From positions 4,303-68,302 of the forward strand of contig DAHVXI010000045.1 of NCBI GenBank assembly GCA_027356795.1: a stretch of 64,000 nt of DNA. Direction: 5' to 3'. Source of the stretch: Chloroflexota bacterium (GTDB lineage: Bacteria; Chloroflexota; UBA6077). Below are positions 49,055-59,741 of this stretch, piece by piece (the first letter of the stretch is position 1; every line of letters starts with the position of its first letter). The position numbers and the translations under genes are program-made. The notes under the pieces are model-generated. The model saw only the letters and a list, made by a program, of their open reading frames with translations, did no database searches and was not told the origin of the DNA.

Positions 49055-49077
49055 GAATCGTGGAGGGACGGGTCTAA
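49055..49077. terminator. Hairpin after pfk (ggacgggtc-taag-gacccgtcc)
   Basis: A perfect 9-bp stem read directly. Confidence 0.55.
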
Positions 49078-49115
49078 GGACCCGTCCCCACCTGTGTCTG
49101 CCGCTCTCGTTCCGC

Positions 49116-49424
49116 TCAACATCTCCTGGCCACGAAGGCCTCGAGACCGCCGTCGCGGATCTCTCGGAGGTTCTCCATCCGCCGGGACCGGAAGATCGTC
49201 GCGAAGAGCCTGCTGACGAAGTTGTTCAACTTCTCGCAGGATTCCATCTCCTGGCACTCGGCGCAGGTGGTGAAGCCCCGCTCCAGGGTGCAGAGGCGCA
49301 CCCGGCACCCGGCGAAGCCGCCCCCTGCCCTGCAGCCCTCGCATCTCCCCTCCCTTGAGGCCCCACAGGCAGCGCAGTAGAGTCCACAGTAGGCCACGTC
49401 CAGCGTCGGGCCGCTGCTTCCCAT
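49116..49424 (-). CDS. DUF3795-type Cys-rich zinc-binding protein
   Basis: YCGLYCAACG...CEGC...C..C..C..C. 102 aa. Confidence 0.6.
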   Translation of the reverse strand: MGSSGPTLDVAYCGLYCAACGASREGRCEGCRAGGGFAGCRVRLCTLERGFTTCAECQEMESCEKLNNFVSRLFATIFRSRRMENLREIRDGGLEAFVARRC

Positions 49425-49608
49425 CGCCGTCTCCCCTCCTCCTGGCCAGGGTCAGGATCTACGTGCGGCCGGGGCACACCCGGCCGTGCCGGGACTATCC
49501 GCCACAACTCGGCGGTCGCAGCCTCGCCATTCATGAGAACCATACTGGGGAGCACGACACCAGTGTAGCGATAGTTGGGTCGCTTGCCAATCCTCGATCG
49601 GTGGCCGG

Positions 49609-49646
49609 AATCGAAAGGGGGCGGCTGAGGCCGTCCCCTTTCGATT
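49609..49646. terminator. Perfect 12-bp stem-loop (aatcgaaagggg / cccctttcgatt) with nested inner hairpin, between two zinc-ribbon genes
   Basis: Read directly. Confidence 0.55.
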
Positions 49647-49664
49647 GTCGTGTCTTGTGAGAGG

Positions 49665-50024
49665 CTACCAGCGGCCTCGGCCGCCCCCGCTGCTCGGTCG
49701 CCGGTCGTACCCGCCCCCCCTACTGGGACGCTGGGAGGAATAGCAGTCGGAGCAGTAGACAGGCTTGTCGAGGCGGGGCTGGAAGGGGACCTGGGTCTCC
49801 TTCCCGCACTGGGCGCACACCGCGGGGTACATCTCGCGATCCCGATGGCCGCCGAAGGAGCCGCCATCGCCGCGGGTGGCCTTGCGGGTCGCGCGGCACT
49901 CGGGACAGCGGCCGGGGTCGTTGGTGAAACCCTTCTGAGCGAAGAATTGCTGCTCGCTTACAGTGAAGAGGAACTCGCGGCCACAATCGCGGCAGGTGAG
50001 GGTCTTGTCTTGCATGGCGGTCAC
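49665..50024 (-). CDS. Zinc-ribbon protein (CxxC..CxxC x2) with Gly/Arg-rich tail
   Basis: CRDCG..CPEC and CAQCG..CSDC. The likely start is GTG 50024 (AGGAG 5 nt upstream) or ATG 50015. The ORF opens at 50039. Confidence 0.6.
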   Translation of the reverse strand: MTAMQDKTLTCRDCGREFLFTVSEQQFFAQKGFTNDPGRCPECRATRKATRGDGGSFGGHRDREMYPAVCAQCGKETQVPFQPRLDKPVYCSDCYSSQRPSRGGGYDRRPSSGGGRGRW

Positions 50025-50265
50025 GCTGACTCCTAACACTGAATTACTTGGAACGATCCGTCAGCGCATTGACGATCAGGGGCGTGGGCCCGAATAACCC
50101 ATCACCAGCCCGGCCGCTTTGACGATCTGCGGAAACGACCAGCTCTATGACTATACTCTAGTTAGCTAGAGCATGCAATAGCGAAACTGAAGTTGGTGTG
50201 GTGCTGTTCGTGGGAGACAGTCGGCGGGCTGCACGGCTCGCTACCCTCGGCCCCTCTCTCGTGCC

Positions 50266-50580
50266 TCATCGGTTCTGCCAGGCGGGCATCTTGGCCATGC
50301 AATCCCTGGCGGCCAACTCCGCCTGCTGCGGCGCCATCCCCTGCGTCTTCTGGAAGAAGGCGCTCATCCCAATCAGTGCCTCCTCGTAGGATCGCATCGA
50401 GCCGCCCTCGCGACTGCAGTGGACGCAGTAGTCTTTGCTGGTGTCTCCCTTCCAGAAGTCCTCAGTGCCCCTCAGGGGCATCCCACACGAGATGCAGAAA
50501 CGCTCCTTCCCAGTGTCAGCCATTTTCCCATTCTCCTTCCTGTACGACTTGGTGTCAGGGTTGCCCAGTTGGACGAGCAA
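50266..50580 (-). CDS. Zinc-ribbon domain protein
   Basis: CISCG...CVHC. The start is possibly the internal Met (MADTGKERF). Confidence 0.5.
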   Translation of the reverse strand: MLVQLGNPDTKSYRKENGKMADTGKERFCISCGMPLRGTEDFWKGDTSKDYCVHCSREGGSMRSYEEALIGMSAFFQKTQGMAPQQAELAARDCMAKMPAWQNR

Positions 50581-50594
50581 TAGTATTAATGAAG

Positions 50595-52418
50595 TCAGCT
50601 CGCCAAAGAGGGCGTGGCGGCTTTCTCCTCCACGTCCCGGAACTGGCGCCGGTAGAGGTCGGCGTACAGCCCGCCCTGTTCCAGCAGCTGATCGTGGGTT
50701 CCCCGCTCCACGATGCGACCCTCGTCGATCACCAGCACCTGGTCCGCGTTCCGAATGGTGCTGAGCCGGTGGGCGATCACGAAGCTGGTCCGCCCCTGGA
50801 GCAGCTGCTCCAGCGCCTGCTGGATCAGCATCTCGGTCCGGGTATCCACGCTGCTGGTGGCCTCGTCCAGGATCAGGATCCGCGGGTTGGCCAGGATCGC
50901 CCGGGCGAAGGCGACCAACTGGCGCTGACCCTGGCTGAGGGAGTTGCCCCGCTCGCCCAGCACCGTGTCGTAGCCCTGGGGCAGCCGCAGGATGAAGTCG
51001 TGGGCGTTGGCGAGGCGCGCGGCCTGCTCCACCTCCTCGTCGGTGGCCTCCAACTGGCCGTAGCGGATGTTGTCGGCCACGGTGCCGGAGAAGAGGAAGC
51101 TGTTCTGGGGGACGATCCCCAGCTGGCTCCGCAGGGAGTCCAGGCTCGCATCCCGCACATTCATCCCGTCGATGGTCACCCGGCCCCCCGTCACGTCGTA
51201 GAAGCGGGCGATCAGGTTGGCGACGGTGGTCTTGCCGGCCCCTGTGGGGCCCACCAGAGCCACCGTCTGGCCCGGCTCGGCCGCCAGGTCGACCCGGTGC
51301 AGCACGGGGTGCAGGGGATCGTAGGCGAAGTCCACCTTCTCGAAGACCACCCTCCCCTGGATGTGGGGAATCGTCTTGGCCCCGGCGGCGTCCACCATGT
51401 CCTCCTCGGTGTCCAGCAGGTCGAAGATCCGCTCGGCGCCCGCCATGGCCGACTGGGCCTGGGTGTAGATCTGGCTGATCTGCTGGATCGGCCAGAAGAA
51501 CTGCTGCACGTAGCCGAGGAAGGCCACCACCAGGCCGATGGTTACCATCCCCTCCATCGCCAGGTAGCCGCCGAAGGTCACCACGATGATGGTCGCGACG
51601 GTGCTGAGGAGGTCCATCGTGGGGGAGAAGGCCGAGGTTATCGCCGTGGCACCCACGTTGGCATCCCGGTTGGCGGCGTTGCGCTGGGCGAAGCGGGCCT
51701 GGTTCAGTCCCGTCCGGTTGAAGGCCTGGGCCACCTTGATGCCGGCGATGTCCTCCTGGAGGTCCGCCGAGACGTCTCCGATGGTCTCTCGGGTCTTTCG
51801 GAAGGCCCTGCGGGCCATCTTGGCGAAGAGGTTGGTGGTTATCAGCATCACCGGTATGACCGAGGAGGCCGCCAGGGCGAGAGGCCAGTAGAGGCCGAAC
51901 ATAGCCAGCAGGATGCCCGTGAGCGACAACGCCCCTGAGATGGCTTGAACCAACCCCATGCTGAGCAGGTTGTTGATGGTGTCCACGTCGTTGACCAGCC
52001 TCGACATCAGGTCGCCGGCGTCGTGCTTGTCGAAGTACTGGAGGGAGAGCCGCTGCAGCTTATGGAAGATCTTGCCCCGCAGCAGGGCCAGGGTGTTCTG
52101 GCCCACCCAGCCCATCAGGTAGCCCTGCAGCATCCGGGCGCCCAGGCCGGCCAGGTAGACGCCCAGCAACAGCAGCATATTGATCGCCAGCCCGGTCCTG
52201 TCGCCGACGGCGATGAAGCTGTCGACGGCCCTGCCCACCAGGTAGGGGCCTCCGGCCGCCGAGGCGGCACCTATCAGGGTGAGGAGCAGCACTACGACCA
52301 GCCGCAGCCGGTAGGGGGCCAGGTAGCCCAGCAGCCTCCCCACGACCGCTTTGCCGTTGGCAGCCTTCTCCTCGCGTATGCTCGCTTGATGTTGGAAGTG
52401 GCCTCCGAACATCTTCAC
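50595..52418 (-). CDS. ABC exporter, fused permease/ATPase (half of heterodimer)
   Basis: A 6-TM domain plus a nucleotide-binding domain with Walker A GPTGAGKTT, signature LSQGQRQ and Walker B ILILDEATS. Confidence 0.9.
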   Translation of the reverse strand: MKMFGGHFQHQASIREEKAANGKAVVGRLLGYLAPYRLRLVVVLLLTLIGAASAAGGPYLVGRAVDSFIAVGDRTGLAINMLLLLGVYLAGLGARMLQGYLMGWVGQNTLALLRGKIFHKLQRLSLQYFDKHDAGDLMSRLVNDVDTINNLLSMGLVQAISGALSLTGILLAMFGLYWPLALAASSVIPVMLITTNLFAKMARRAFRKTRETIGDVSADLQEDIAGIKVAQAFNRTGLNQARFAQRNAANRDANVGATAITSAFSPTMDLLSTVATIIVVTFGGYLAMEGMVTIGLVVAFLGYVQQFFWPIQQISQIYTQAQSAMAGAERIFDLLDTEEDMVDAAGAKTIPHIQGRVVFEKVDFAYDPLHPVLHRVDLAAEPGQTVALVGPTGAGKTTVANLIARFYDVTGGRVTIDGMNVRDASLDSLRSQLGIVPQNSFLFSGTVADNIRYGQLEATDEEVEQAARLANAHDFILRLPQGYDTVLGERGNSLSQGQRQLVAFARAILANPRILILDEATSSVDTRTEMLIQQALEQLLQGRTSFVIAHRLSTIRNADQVLVIDEGRIVERGTHDQLLEQGGLYADLYRRQFRDVEEKAATPSLAS

Positions 52419-52426
52419 CTCATTCT

Positions 52427-52481
52427 AGCTATCAGCGGTCAGCTGTCAACTGCGAAGGTTGCTGACTGCTGATGGCTATCG
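52427..52481. repeat. REP family-B-derived long inverted repeat between the two ABC genes
   Basis: agctatcagcggtcagc ...17 nt... gctgactgctgatggct (15/17 complementary). Confidence 0.55.
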
Positions 52482-54202
52482 TCTCTCAGCTGCGACGACA
52501 CGATCTCCCCATACAGGTGGTTGGTGGCCAGCAGCTCCTCGTGGGTGCCCTGGGCCACCACGTGAGCCCCGTCCAGCAGCAGGATCTTGCCGGCGTTGCG
52601 GACGGTGCTGATCCGCTGGGCCACGATGAAACTGGTGCGGCCCACCATCAGGTCGTCCATGGCCTGCTGGATCTGGTACTCGGTCTCGGCGTCCACCGAG
52701 GAGGTGCTGTCGTCCAGAATCAGCACCTTCGGGTTCAGCAGCAGCGCCCGCGCGATGGCGATCCTCTGCATCTGGCCGCCGCTCAGCCCCACGCCGCCCT
52801 CCCCAATGCGGGTGTCGTAGCCCTGGGGCTGCTCCAGGATGAACTCGTGGGCCTGGGAGATCTTCGCCACGGCCTCCACCTCCTCCTGGGTCGCCTCCGG
52901 CGCCCCGTAGGCGATGTTCTCCCGAATGGTGCCGCTGAACAGCACCGTCTCCTGGAGCACGATCCCGATCTGGGATCTCAGGCTCTCCAGTGTCACCTCC
53001 CGCACGTCGTGGCCGTCGATGGTGGCCCTTCCGCTCCGGACGTCGTAGAAGCGGGGGATGAGATTGATGATGGTGCTCTTGCCGGCCCCCGTGGTGCCCA
53101 CCACGGCCACCGTCTGTCCCGGTTCCGCCGCGAAGCTGACGTGGCTCAGGGCATCGTGCTCGGCCCCGGCGTAGCGGAAGCTGACGTCCTCGAAGGCCAC
53201 CCTGCCCTGGATGGCGGGCAGCGGACCGGCGTCCGGCCTATCCTGCACCTCGCTCTCGGCGTCCAGCACCTCGAAGACCCGTTGGGCGGAGGCACCGGCG
53301 CGGGTCATGGTGGCCATGATCATCCCCAGCATGAAGATGGGGAACATCAGGAAGCCCAGGTAGGCGTTGAAGGCGACCAGCTGTCCCAGGGAGAGGGAGC
53401 CGCCGATCACCTCGTTCCCGCCGTACCAGACCACCAGGAAGGTGCCCACGTTCCCAAAGAAGAAGATCACCGGGAAGGTGGTGTTCAAGGCCCTGGTGAC
53501 CCGTATGTTCTCGGCCAGCAGGTCGGCGTTGGCCCGGCCGAACCTCTTCGTCTCGTGCTGCTCCCGGGCGAAGGCCTTCACCACCCGCACGCCGGCCAGG
53601 TTCTCCTGGAGGATGGTGTTCAGCGCCCCCAGCTTCTGCTGGACCTGGCGGAAGAGGGGCTGGACGTTCCGGACGAAGCGGGCGAACACCAGGAGGATCC
53701 CGGGGATGATGGTCAGCGACACCAGGGCCAACCGCCAGTTCATGACGAACAGCACCAGGGAGCTTCCCGCCAGCATCACCAGGGCGCCCATCAGCTGGAG
53801 GAAGCCCTGGCCGATGAACTGGCGCACCATCTCCACGTCGCTGGTGACCCGGGTCATGAGCTGTCCGGTCTGGGCCTGGTCGTGGTAGCTGAAGCTGAGG
53901 CCCTGCAGCTTGGCGTAGATCTCGTTCCGCAGATCGTAGGCAACCCCCTGAGAGGCCTTCTCCGATAGGTAGCCCTGGAGGAAGGTGAAGACGCCCCGAA
54001 CGGCCGCCACCCCCAGCAGACCGCCAGCGGCCCACAGGATGGCACTCCACTGATGCCCGACGACACCGCCGTCGATGGCCAGCCGCAGAAACTGGGGGGA
54101 GGCCAGGTTGGTGGCCGAGACCAGCACGAGGCTGAGGAAGGCGGCGGAGGCCGTCGTCCAGTAGGGGAACAGGTACTTGAGCGCGCGGCGTAGCGATTTC
54201 AT
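52439..54202 (-). CDS. ABC exporter, fused permease/ATPase (second half of heterodimer)
   Basis: Walker A GTTGAGKST, signature LSGGQMQ and Walker B LILDDSTS. Confidence 0.9.
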   Translation of the reverse strand: MKSLRRALKYLFPYWTTASAAFLSLVLVSATNLASPQFLRLAIDGGVVGHQWSAILWAAGGLLGVAAVRGVFTFLQGYLSEKASQGVAYDLRNEIYAKLQGLSFSYHDQAQTGQLMTRVTSDVEMVRQFIGQGFLQLMGALVMLAGSSLVLFVMNWRLALVSLTIIPGILLVFARFVRNVQPLFRQVQQKLGALNTILQENLAGVRVVKAFAREQHETKRFGRANADLLAENIRVTRALNTTFPVIFFFGNVGTFLVVWYGGNEVIGGSLSLGQLVAFNAYLGFLMFPIFMLGMIMATMTRAGASAQRVFEVLDAESEVQDRPDAGPLPAIQGRVAFEDVSFRYAGAEHDALSHVSFAAEPGQTVAVVGTTGAGKSTIINLIPRFYDVRSGRATIDGHDVREVTLESLRSQIGIVLQETVLFSGTIRENIAYGAPEATQEEVEAVAKISQAHEFILEQPQGYDTRIGEGGVGLSGGQMQRIAIARALLLNPKVLILDDSTSSVDAETEYQIQQAMDDLMVGRTSFIVAQRISTVRNAGKILLLDGAHVVAQGTHEELLATNHLYGEIVSSQLRDDSHQQSATFAVDS

Positions 54203-54211
54203 GATCGGCTA

Positions 54212-54757
54212 TCAGTCCTCAGCTTTCAGCTTCTCGGTGCGTGACATAAAGTGCCGACGTCGACCCTCGCCGTTCCCGCCGGGCGCCCCCTCGGGCTGCG
54301 CGGCCGCATGCTGATGGCTAGCGGCTGATAGCTGATGGCCGACACCCCTCCACAGGCTGTCCAGCAGCCTCTCCAGCTGCGGCCTTTCCTCGGGATCCAG
54401 CTCCTGGGTGAGGGCGTCGGAGATCGCATGGATCTCCTCTGACAATTCCCGCGCCAGACTATGGCCGGCATCGGTCAGAAAGAACAGATGGGCGCGGCCG
54501 TCGGTGGGATGGGGCCTTCGCTCCAGCAGGCCGAGGCGCTCCAGGGACTGGAGGGTTCGCGTTACGTTGGCCGGCTCGACACCGGCAGGAACGGACAGAT
54601 CCAGGGCCTGAAGCCCCGGGTGGCGGCTCAGCGCGGTCATGATGATGGTCTGGGTGCGATTCAGCCCCCGGCTGGCGAGGCGGTGCTCCAGCAGATACCC
54701 GACGTGCTTCCCCAGGAACACCAGCTTCAGGGCCAGGGGCGGCCTCTCTCCGTGCAA
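54212..54757 (-). CDS. MarR-family transcriptional regulator
   Basis: LTRTQTIIMTALSRHPGLQALDLSVPAGVEPANVTRTLQSLERLGLLERRPHPTDGRAHLFFLT is a MarR wHTH. Confidence 0.8.
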   Translation of the reverse strand: MHGERPPLALKLVFLGKHVGYLLEHRLASRGLNRTQTIIMTALSRHPGLQALDLSVPAGVEPANVTRTLQSLERLGLLERRPHPTDGRAHLFFLTDAGHSLARELSEEIHAISDALTQELDPEERPQLERLLDSLWRGVGHQLSAASHQHAAAQPEGAPGGNGEGRRRHFMSRTEKLKAED

Positions 54758-54936
54758 AGCGAAACCCCTCAGCGAGTTAGTTGCGTGCGCAAGTAAGTAT
54801 ATGCCGAAGGGGGGGCGGAGGGCAAGGGGAATGAGAACAGGCAGCCAGGTTGACCATCATGCTAGATGAGGCGAGAATATGTACAGGCGTCCTCCGGCCT
54901 CGGCTTGACGATGGATGACTCAACGAGGAATCAGCA

Positions 54937-55413
54937 GTGGCGACTACGCTTTCGCAACAGATCATAGAGACTCTTGACCAGGCGGAGCAGCTCTACAATC
55001 GCCTGGTTCTGGTGGTAGGACCTCCTGGCACCGGGAAGACGGCCGCCCTGAGGCAAGTATCCAAGAGTAAGGGGCTCCCCTTGGTGAACGTCAATCTGGA
55101 GCTGAGCCAGAGACTGCTGGAGTTGACGGAGAAGCAGCGGGCTCTGCGATGCGGACAGATCGTGCGAGAGATCGTCGACCAGGCGGGTGGTTCCGCCGTC
55201 TTGCTGGACAATCTGGAGGTGGTCTTCGATCCCGCGCTGCGGCAAGATCCTCTTCGGCTGCTCCAAGGACTCTCCCGCAATCGGACAATCGTTGCCAGCT
55301 GGAACGGACAGGTCGCGGATGGCTACCTTGTTTACGCCGAGCCCGGCCACCTTGAGTACGGGCGATATCCGATCTCGGGCCTCTTGATGGTGGCAGCGTC
55401 AACGGTCGAGTGA
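54937..55413 (+). CDS. brxF: Small P-loop ATPase, BrxF-like (BREX type 3 first gene)
   Basis: Walker [13 protein letters not shown] and Walker B AVLLDNLE. 158 aa with a GTG start. It sits immediately upstream of the BrxC-like giant ATPase. Confidence 0.5.
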   Translation: MATTLSQQIIETLDQAEQLYNRLVLVVGPPGTGKTAALRQVSKSKGLPLVNVNLELSQRLLELTEKQRALRCGQIVREIVDQAGGSAVLLDNLEVVFDPALRQDPLRLLQGLSRNRTIVASWNGQVADGYLVYAEPGHLEYGRYPISGLLMVAASTVE

Positions 55414-55447
55414 GGACGGGACTCTAGGCATTTGGAGGAAGGGCGCG

Positions 55448-58400
55448 ATGAAGTACCGCGAGCTGATCCAGTTCCATCCCATCACGGCCAATATCGAGCT
55501 TCGTGACGCCGATCAGGAGGATCGCGCCCGGCAACTGGTGTCGACCTACGTCGTCTCGCAAGAGATGGCCGACCGGCTGATTCACGTTGCCTTCAACCAG
55601 CTCCAGTACGACACGCCCGCCGACAACAAGGGGCTTCTGGTGGTCGGCAACTACGGCACAGGCAAGTCTCACCTGATGTCGGTAGTCTCGGCTGTGGCCG
55701 AGCGCGCCGACCTGGCAGCCGATCTCCAGAATAAGAGAGTCGCTGACGCCGCGGCGAAGATCGCCGGGAAGTTCAAGGTGATTCGGACGGAGATCGGGGC
55801 CACCACGATGCCACTCCGCGAGATAGTGGTGGGTGAGCTGGAGGATCGGCTGGCGGACATGGGAGTCCACTACAGCTTTCCTGCCATCGATCAGGTCCAC
55901 ACAAACAAGCCTGCCTTCGAGGCCATGATGGCCGCCTTCCACCAGGTGTATCCGGACCATGGTCTTCTGATGGTGGTGGATGAGCTGCTGGACTACCTGC
56001 GCGAGCGGAAGGACCAGGAGTTGATCCTCGATCTGACTCTACTGCGAGAGATCGGAGAGGTGTGCGGGGACATCCGGTTCCGCTTCGTGGCCGGCGTGCA
56101 GGAGGCGATCTTCGACAGCCCGCAGTTTGCCTTCGCCGCCGACACCCTGAGAAGGGTGAGAGACCGGTTCGAGCAGATCCACATCGCCCGGCGGGACGTG
56201 AAGTACGTGGTGGCGGAGAGGCTGCTGAAGAAGACGACGGATCAGCAGGTGAAGATCCGCGAGCACCTCGCACCCTTCGCCCGCTTCTACGGCGACATGA
56301 ACGCCAAGATGGACGAGTTCGTTCGTCTCTTCCCGGTGCATCCCGACTACATAGACGTGTTCGAGCGCATCACCCTGGCCGAGAAGCGGGAGGTGCTTCG
56401 CACCATCTCTCGATCGATGGACCGGCTGCTGGACGAGGATGTTCCCCAGGATAGCTCCGGTCTCGTCGGCTTCGATAGCTACTGGGAAGTGATCAAGGAC
56501 AACCCTGTGGTGCGGGCGATACCGGACGTACGGCTCGTGACGGACTGCAGCGCCAAGCTGGAGGACCTGGTGAACGTCGGCTATCCGAAGGGCAAGAGCA
56601 AAGAGATGGCCCGAAGGATCATTCGTGGTCTGAGCGTCTACCGGCTGGCGGTAGGGAGCGTCGATTCGCCGGTTGGGCTGAGCGCCGAGCAACTCCGAGA
56701 CGTGTTGTGCCTGTACGATCCTCTCGTCGGAGAGCTGGGGGGCGATGCCGCCGAGGACCTGCGCGGAGAGATCGAGACAGCTCTACGGCTGATCAGCACC
56801 ACGGTGAGCGGCCAGTTCATTTCCGCGACGGAGCGGGATGAGAAGGGACGGCTGGGCGGCCAGTTCTACCTGGACGTCTACAAGACCCAGGACTACGATG
56901 CGGACATAGACAAAGAAGCAGAGGTTCTCGGGAAGAACACCCTGGACAGGTACTACTACCAGGCTCTTCGTCGCGCCATGGAGTGTTCCGATCAGACCTA
57001 CGTGTCTGGCTTCAACATATGGGAGCACGAGTTGGAGTGGCGCGAGAAGAAGGCGATGAGGCAGGGGTACCTGTTCTTCGGAGCGCCCAACGAGAGGTCG
57101 ACGGTTGCACCGCCCAGGGACTTCTACGTGTACTTCCTCCAGCCCCACGATCCGCCGGTGTACAGGGACGAGAAGAAGGCAGACGAGCTGTTCTTCAGAC
57201 TGGCCGGCGCCGACGATCTGTTCAGAGCGACGCTGAAGAGGTACGGAGCGGCGCTGGAGTTGGCGAACAGGGAGTCCGCGGGCCTGGCGAAGTCCGCGTA
57301 CACGTCGAAGGCCGACGCCCACCTGCAGTCGCTGGTCAAGTGGCTCCAGAAGCAGATGGCCACTGCTTACCAGGCAACCCACCAGGGGCGGGTCCGCCCT
57401 CTGATGGAGTGGCTGAAGGACGCGGCGGTGTCCGGGCAGGCGCACTCCCAGGCAGCCGGCGGCAACGTGCGAGACACGGTGAACGCGGTTGCGTCCGAGT
57501 GCCTGGCCCCGCACTTCCAGGAGCAGGCGTCGGAGTATCCCACCTTCTCGATCCTGGTCACCGTGAAGAGTCGGGGACAGGCGGCACAGGATGCTCTGCG
57601 CTACGTGGCGGGGGGAGCACGGACCAAGACGGCCGCGGCTGTGTTGGACGCTTTGGAGCTGCTGGACGGAGAGAGAGTAACTGCCAACGCTTCCAGGTAT
57701 GCCGGTTACGTTCGGGGGCTGCTTCAGAAGAAGGGGCAGGGGCAGGTGCTGAACCGGGGAGAGCTGATCCAGAACGTCTCCGGCGTAGAGTTCATGGCGC
57801 CGGAGAGCTACAGGCTCGAGCCCGAGTGGGTGGTAGTGGTGCTGGCAACACTGGTGCATGCCGGAGAGCTGGTGCTGGCGATACCCGGGAAGAAGTTCGA
57901 GGCCGGCGATCTGGGGATGCTGGCGGCGACGCCGCTCCAGGATCTCGTCGGTTTCAAGCACGTCGAGGCGCCGAAGGAGCCGAACCTCCCCGCGCTGAAG
58001 GCACTGTTCGAGCTGCTGGGGCTCGGCCCGGGCAGGGCAATCCAGGTGACCCAAGGGGACGAGAATGCGGTTCAAGATCTTCGACAACAGGCGGCAGAGA
58101 GAGTAGGAAGGCTGGTTATGGCTCGCCAGCATCTCCAGGGTGGGCTGCCGTTCTGGGGAAGGACGCTGCTAAGCGAGCAGGAGCAGGCAGACTATGGGAG
58201 CCGTCTGGAGGGGACAAAGGCGTTTCTGGAGTCGCTCCAGGCTTACTCGACGCCCGGGAAGCTGAAGAACTTCAACCAGACAGTCGAGCAGGTGAACAGC
58301 CACAAGGCCGGGCTGCAAACGTTGCGGGAGGTGGAGGAACTGCACGGGCTGGTAAACGACCTGGCGTCCGCGGCCTCCTATCTGTCTTCCGCCGAGCTGA

Positions 58401-59191
58401 CGCTGCCCACCGAGCACTCATGGGTTGCGAAGGTCAGGCCGGCCAGGGAAGAGGTTGTGGCCCGCGTTTTGGACCCCGGCAAGAGGGCTGCGGATGGATT
58501 CCGGCAGGCAGTGCTCCTGGACCTCGCCGGCCTGAAGAAGGAGTACGTGGACATCTACATGCCGGCGCACTCCAGGGCGCGGCTGGGAGCGAAGGAAGAC
58601 CAGAAGAGGGCGGCCCTGCTCCATGACGACCGTCTGGAGCAGCTGAGGAAGCTGGCGACGATAGACCTGATGCCGGTGCAGCATCTGACCGACTACCAGA
58701 ACCGGCTGGCAGAATTGCCGTCCTGCTTCGCGCTGACACCGAGAGAACTCGAAAGCTCTCCTGTATGCCACTGCGGGTTCAAGCCGAATCTGGAGCCGGC
58801 AGCCGCGTCGGCAGCTGCTCAGCTGGCTGCCCTGGACGGCGAGTTGGACACGCTCCATGCGAACTGGACGCAGACCCTGGTGGCGAACCTGGAAGACCCG
58901 ACGGTGCAGGGGAATCTAGCGCTGCTGAAGCCGGACCAGAAGAAGCTGATAGATGCGTTTCTGGCCAGTCGCAAGCTGCCGGACGCATTGGATCAGCAGT
59001 TCCTACAGGCGGTTCGCGAGGCGCTGTCGGGGCTGGTCAAGGTGGCGGTAAAGGTGGAGACGCTTAGGGATGCGTTGATCGCGGGCGGATCGCCAGCGAC
59101 GCTGGCGGAGATGAGGCAGCGATACGAGGGGTTCCTGGCAGAACTGGTCAAGGGAAAGGACACAGCCAAGGTCCGGCTGGTAGTGGAGTAA
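55448..59191 (+). CDS. brxC: BrxC/PglY-like large ATPase (1247 aa)
   Basis: N-terminal Walker [13 protein letters not shown] and Walker [12 protein letters not shown]. The size and the neighbouring small ATPase and PF01555-type MTase fit BREX type 3. The assignment comes from motifs and architecture, not from a search. Confidence 0.6.
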   Translation: MKYRELIQFHPITANIELRDADQEDRARQLVSTYVVSQEMADRLIHVAFNQLQYDTPADNKGLLVVGNYGTGKSHLMSVVSAVAERADLAADLQNKRVADAAAKIAGKFKVIRTEIGATTMPLREIVVGELEDRLADMGVHYSFPAIDQVHTNKPAFEAMMAAFHQVYPDHGLLMVVDELLDYLRERKDQELILDLTLLREIGEVCGDIRFRFVAGVQEAIFDSPQFAFAADTLRRVRDRFEQIHIARRDVKYVVAERLLKKTTDQQVKIREHLAPFARFYGDMNAKMDEFVRLFPVHPDYIDVFERITLAEKREVLRTISRSMDRLLDEDVPQDSSGLVGFDSYWEVIKDNPVVRAIPDVRLVTDCSAKLEDLVNVGYPKGKSKEMARRIIRGLSVYRLAVGSVDSPVGLSAEQLRDVLCLYDPLVGELGGDAAEDLRGEIETALRLISTTVSGQFISATERDEKGRLGGQFYLDVYKTQDYDADIDKEAEVLGKNTLDRYYYQALRRAMECSDQTYVSGFNIWEHELEWREKKAMRQGYLFFGAPNERSTVAPPRDFYVYFLQPHDPPVYRDEKKADELFFRLAGADDLFRATLKRYGAALELANRESAGLAKSAYTSKADAHLQSLVKWLQKQMATAYQATHQGRVRPLMEWLKDAAVSGQAHSQAAGGNVRDTVNAVASECLAPHFQEQASEYPTFSILVTVKSRGQAAQDALRYVAGGARTKTAAAVLDALELLDGERVTANASRYAGYVRGLLQKKGQGQVLNRGELIQNVSGVEFMAPESYRLEPEWVVVVLATLVHAGELVLAIPGKKFEAGDLGMLAATPLQDLVGFKHVEAPKEPNLPALKALFELLGLGPGRAIQVTQGDENAVQDLRQQAAERVGRLVMARQHLQGGLPFWGRTLLSEQEQADYGSRLEGTKAFLESLQAYSTPGKLKNFNQTVEQVNSHKAGLQTLREVEELHGLVNDLASAASYLSSAELTLPTEHSWVAKVRPAREEVVARVLDPGKRAADGFRQAVLLDLAGLKKEYVDIYMPAHSRARLGAKEDQKRAALLHDDRLEQLRKLATIDLMPVQHLTDYQNRLAELPSCFALTPRELESSPVCHCGFKPNLEPAAASAAAQLAALDGELDTLHANWTQTLVANLEDPTVQGNLALLKPDQKKLIDAFLASRKLPDALDQQFLQAVREALSGLVKVAVKVETLRDALIAGGSPATLAEMRQRYEGFLAELVKGKDTAKVRLVVE

Positions 59192-59220
59192 CGGTGCCCG
59201 GCTGGCTCGGGAGCTGCAAT

Positions 59221-59250
59221 AGCTTTCAGTTATGAGCTATAATCTGAAAG
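59221..59250. repeat. Hairpin of REP family B type (tagctttcag ... ctgaaag) after brxC stop
   Basis: tagctttcagttatgagctataatctgaaag read directly. Confidence 0.5.
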
Positions 59251-59293
59251 GCAACTCCCGGGAGATGTCCCGGCTATCGGGGAGAGGACGACA

Positions 59294-59701
59294 ATGAAGG
59301 CGGGCGTGAGTGCTTCCCTCTTGGACGAACTGGAGGAGCTGAAGCGCGAGATGGAGTCCCAGGGCCGCGCGTCAAAGGCCAGAGCCCTCCGGGAGGCTCT
59401 CGTGGCGCTGGCCAGGCCTGCTCGGGGCTGGATCACCACCGGGCAGGCAGCAGAGCAGCTCGGCATAACGATACCAACCGTCAAGGCCTGGATCCTTCGC
59501 GGTGCTCTGGTCGGCCGGCAGGTAGGGGATCGCTGGTGGGTGTCGCGGGAGAGCGTGGACGAGGTGCTGAGCTTCGGCAGCGGCGTCGTCCAGTTGGAGC
59601 AGGAGGGCTCTTCGACCGAGGAAGAGGCCAGCGAGATGACCAGGGAGGCCCGCCGCCAGATGGGGGCGGAGAAGAGGGCAGCCGGTGGGCGCCAGCGGTA
59701 G
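59294..59701 (+). CDS. Excisionase/MerR-type HTH DNA-binding protein (putative antitoxin)
   Basis: WITTGQAAEQLGITIPTVKAWILRGALVGRQVGDRWWVSRESV matches the excisionase-family HTH. GGAGAGGA precedes the ATG. Confidence 0.6.
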   Translation: MKAGVSASLLDELEELKREMESQGRASKARALREALVALARPARGWITTGQAAEQLGITIPTVKAWILRGALVGRQVGDRWWVSRESVDEVLSFGSGVVQLEQEGSSTEEEASEMTREARRQMGAEKRAAGGRQR

Positions 59702-59741
59702 CGAGAAAGGGAACATTCTACCTGCTTCATTGCTGTCCCTG

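Noticed and set aside
54758-54936. Imperfect inverted repeat AGTTGCG-TG-CGCAAGT in the MarR / brxF divergent spacer as a MarR operator
   Set aside because: Only a 6/7 match per half-site, and a single occurrence. It is plausible but too weak to call a feature.
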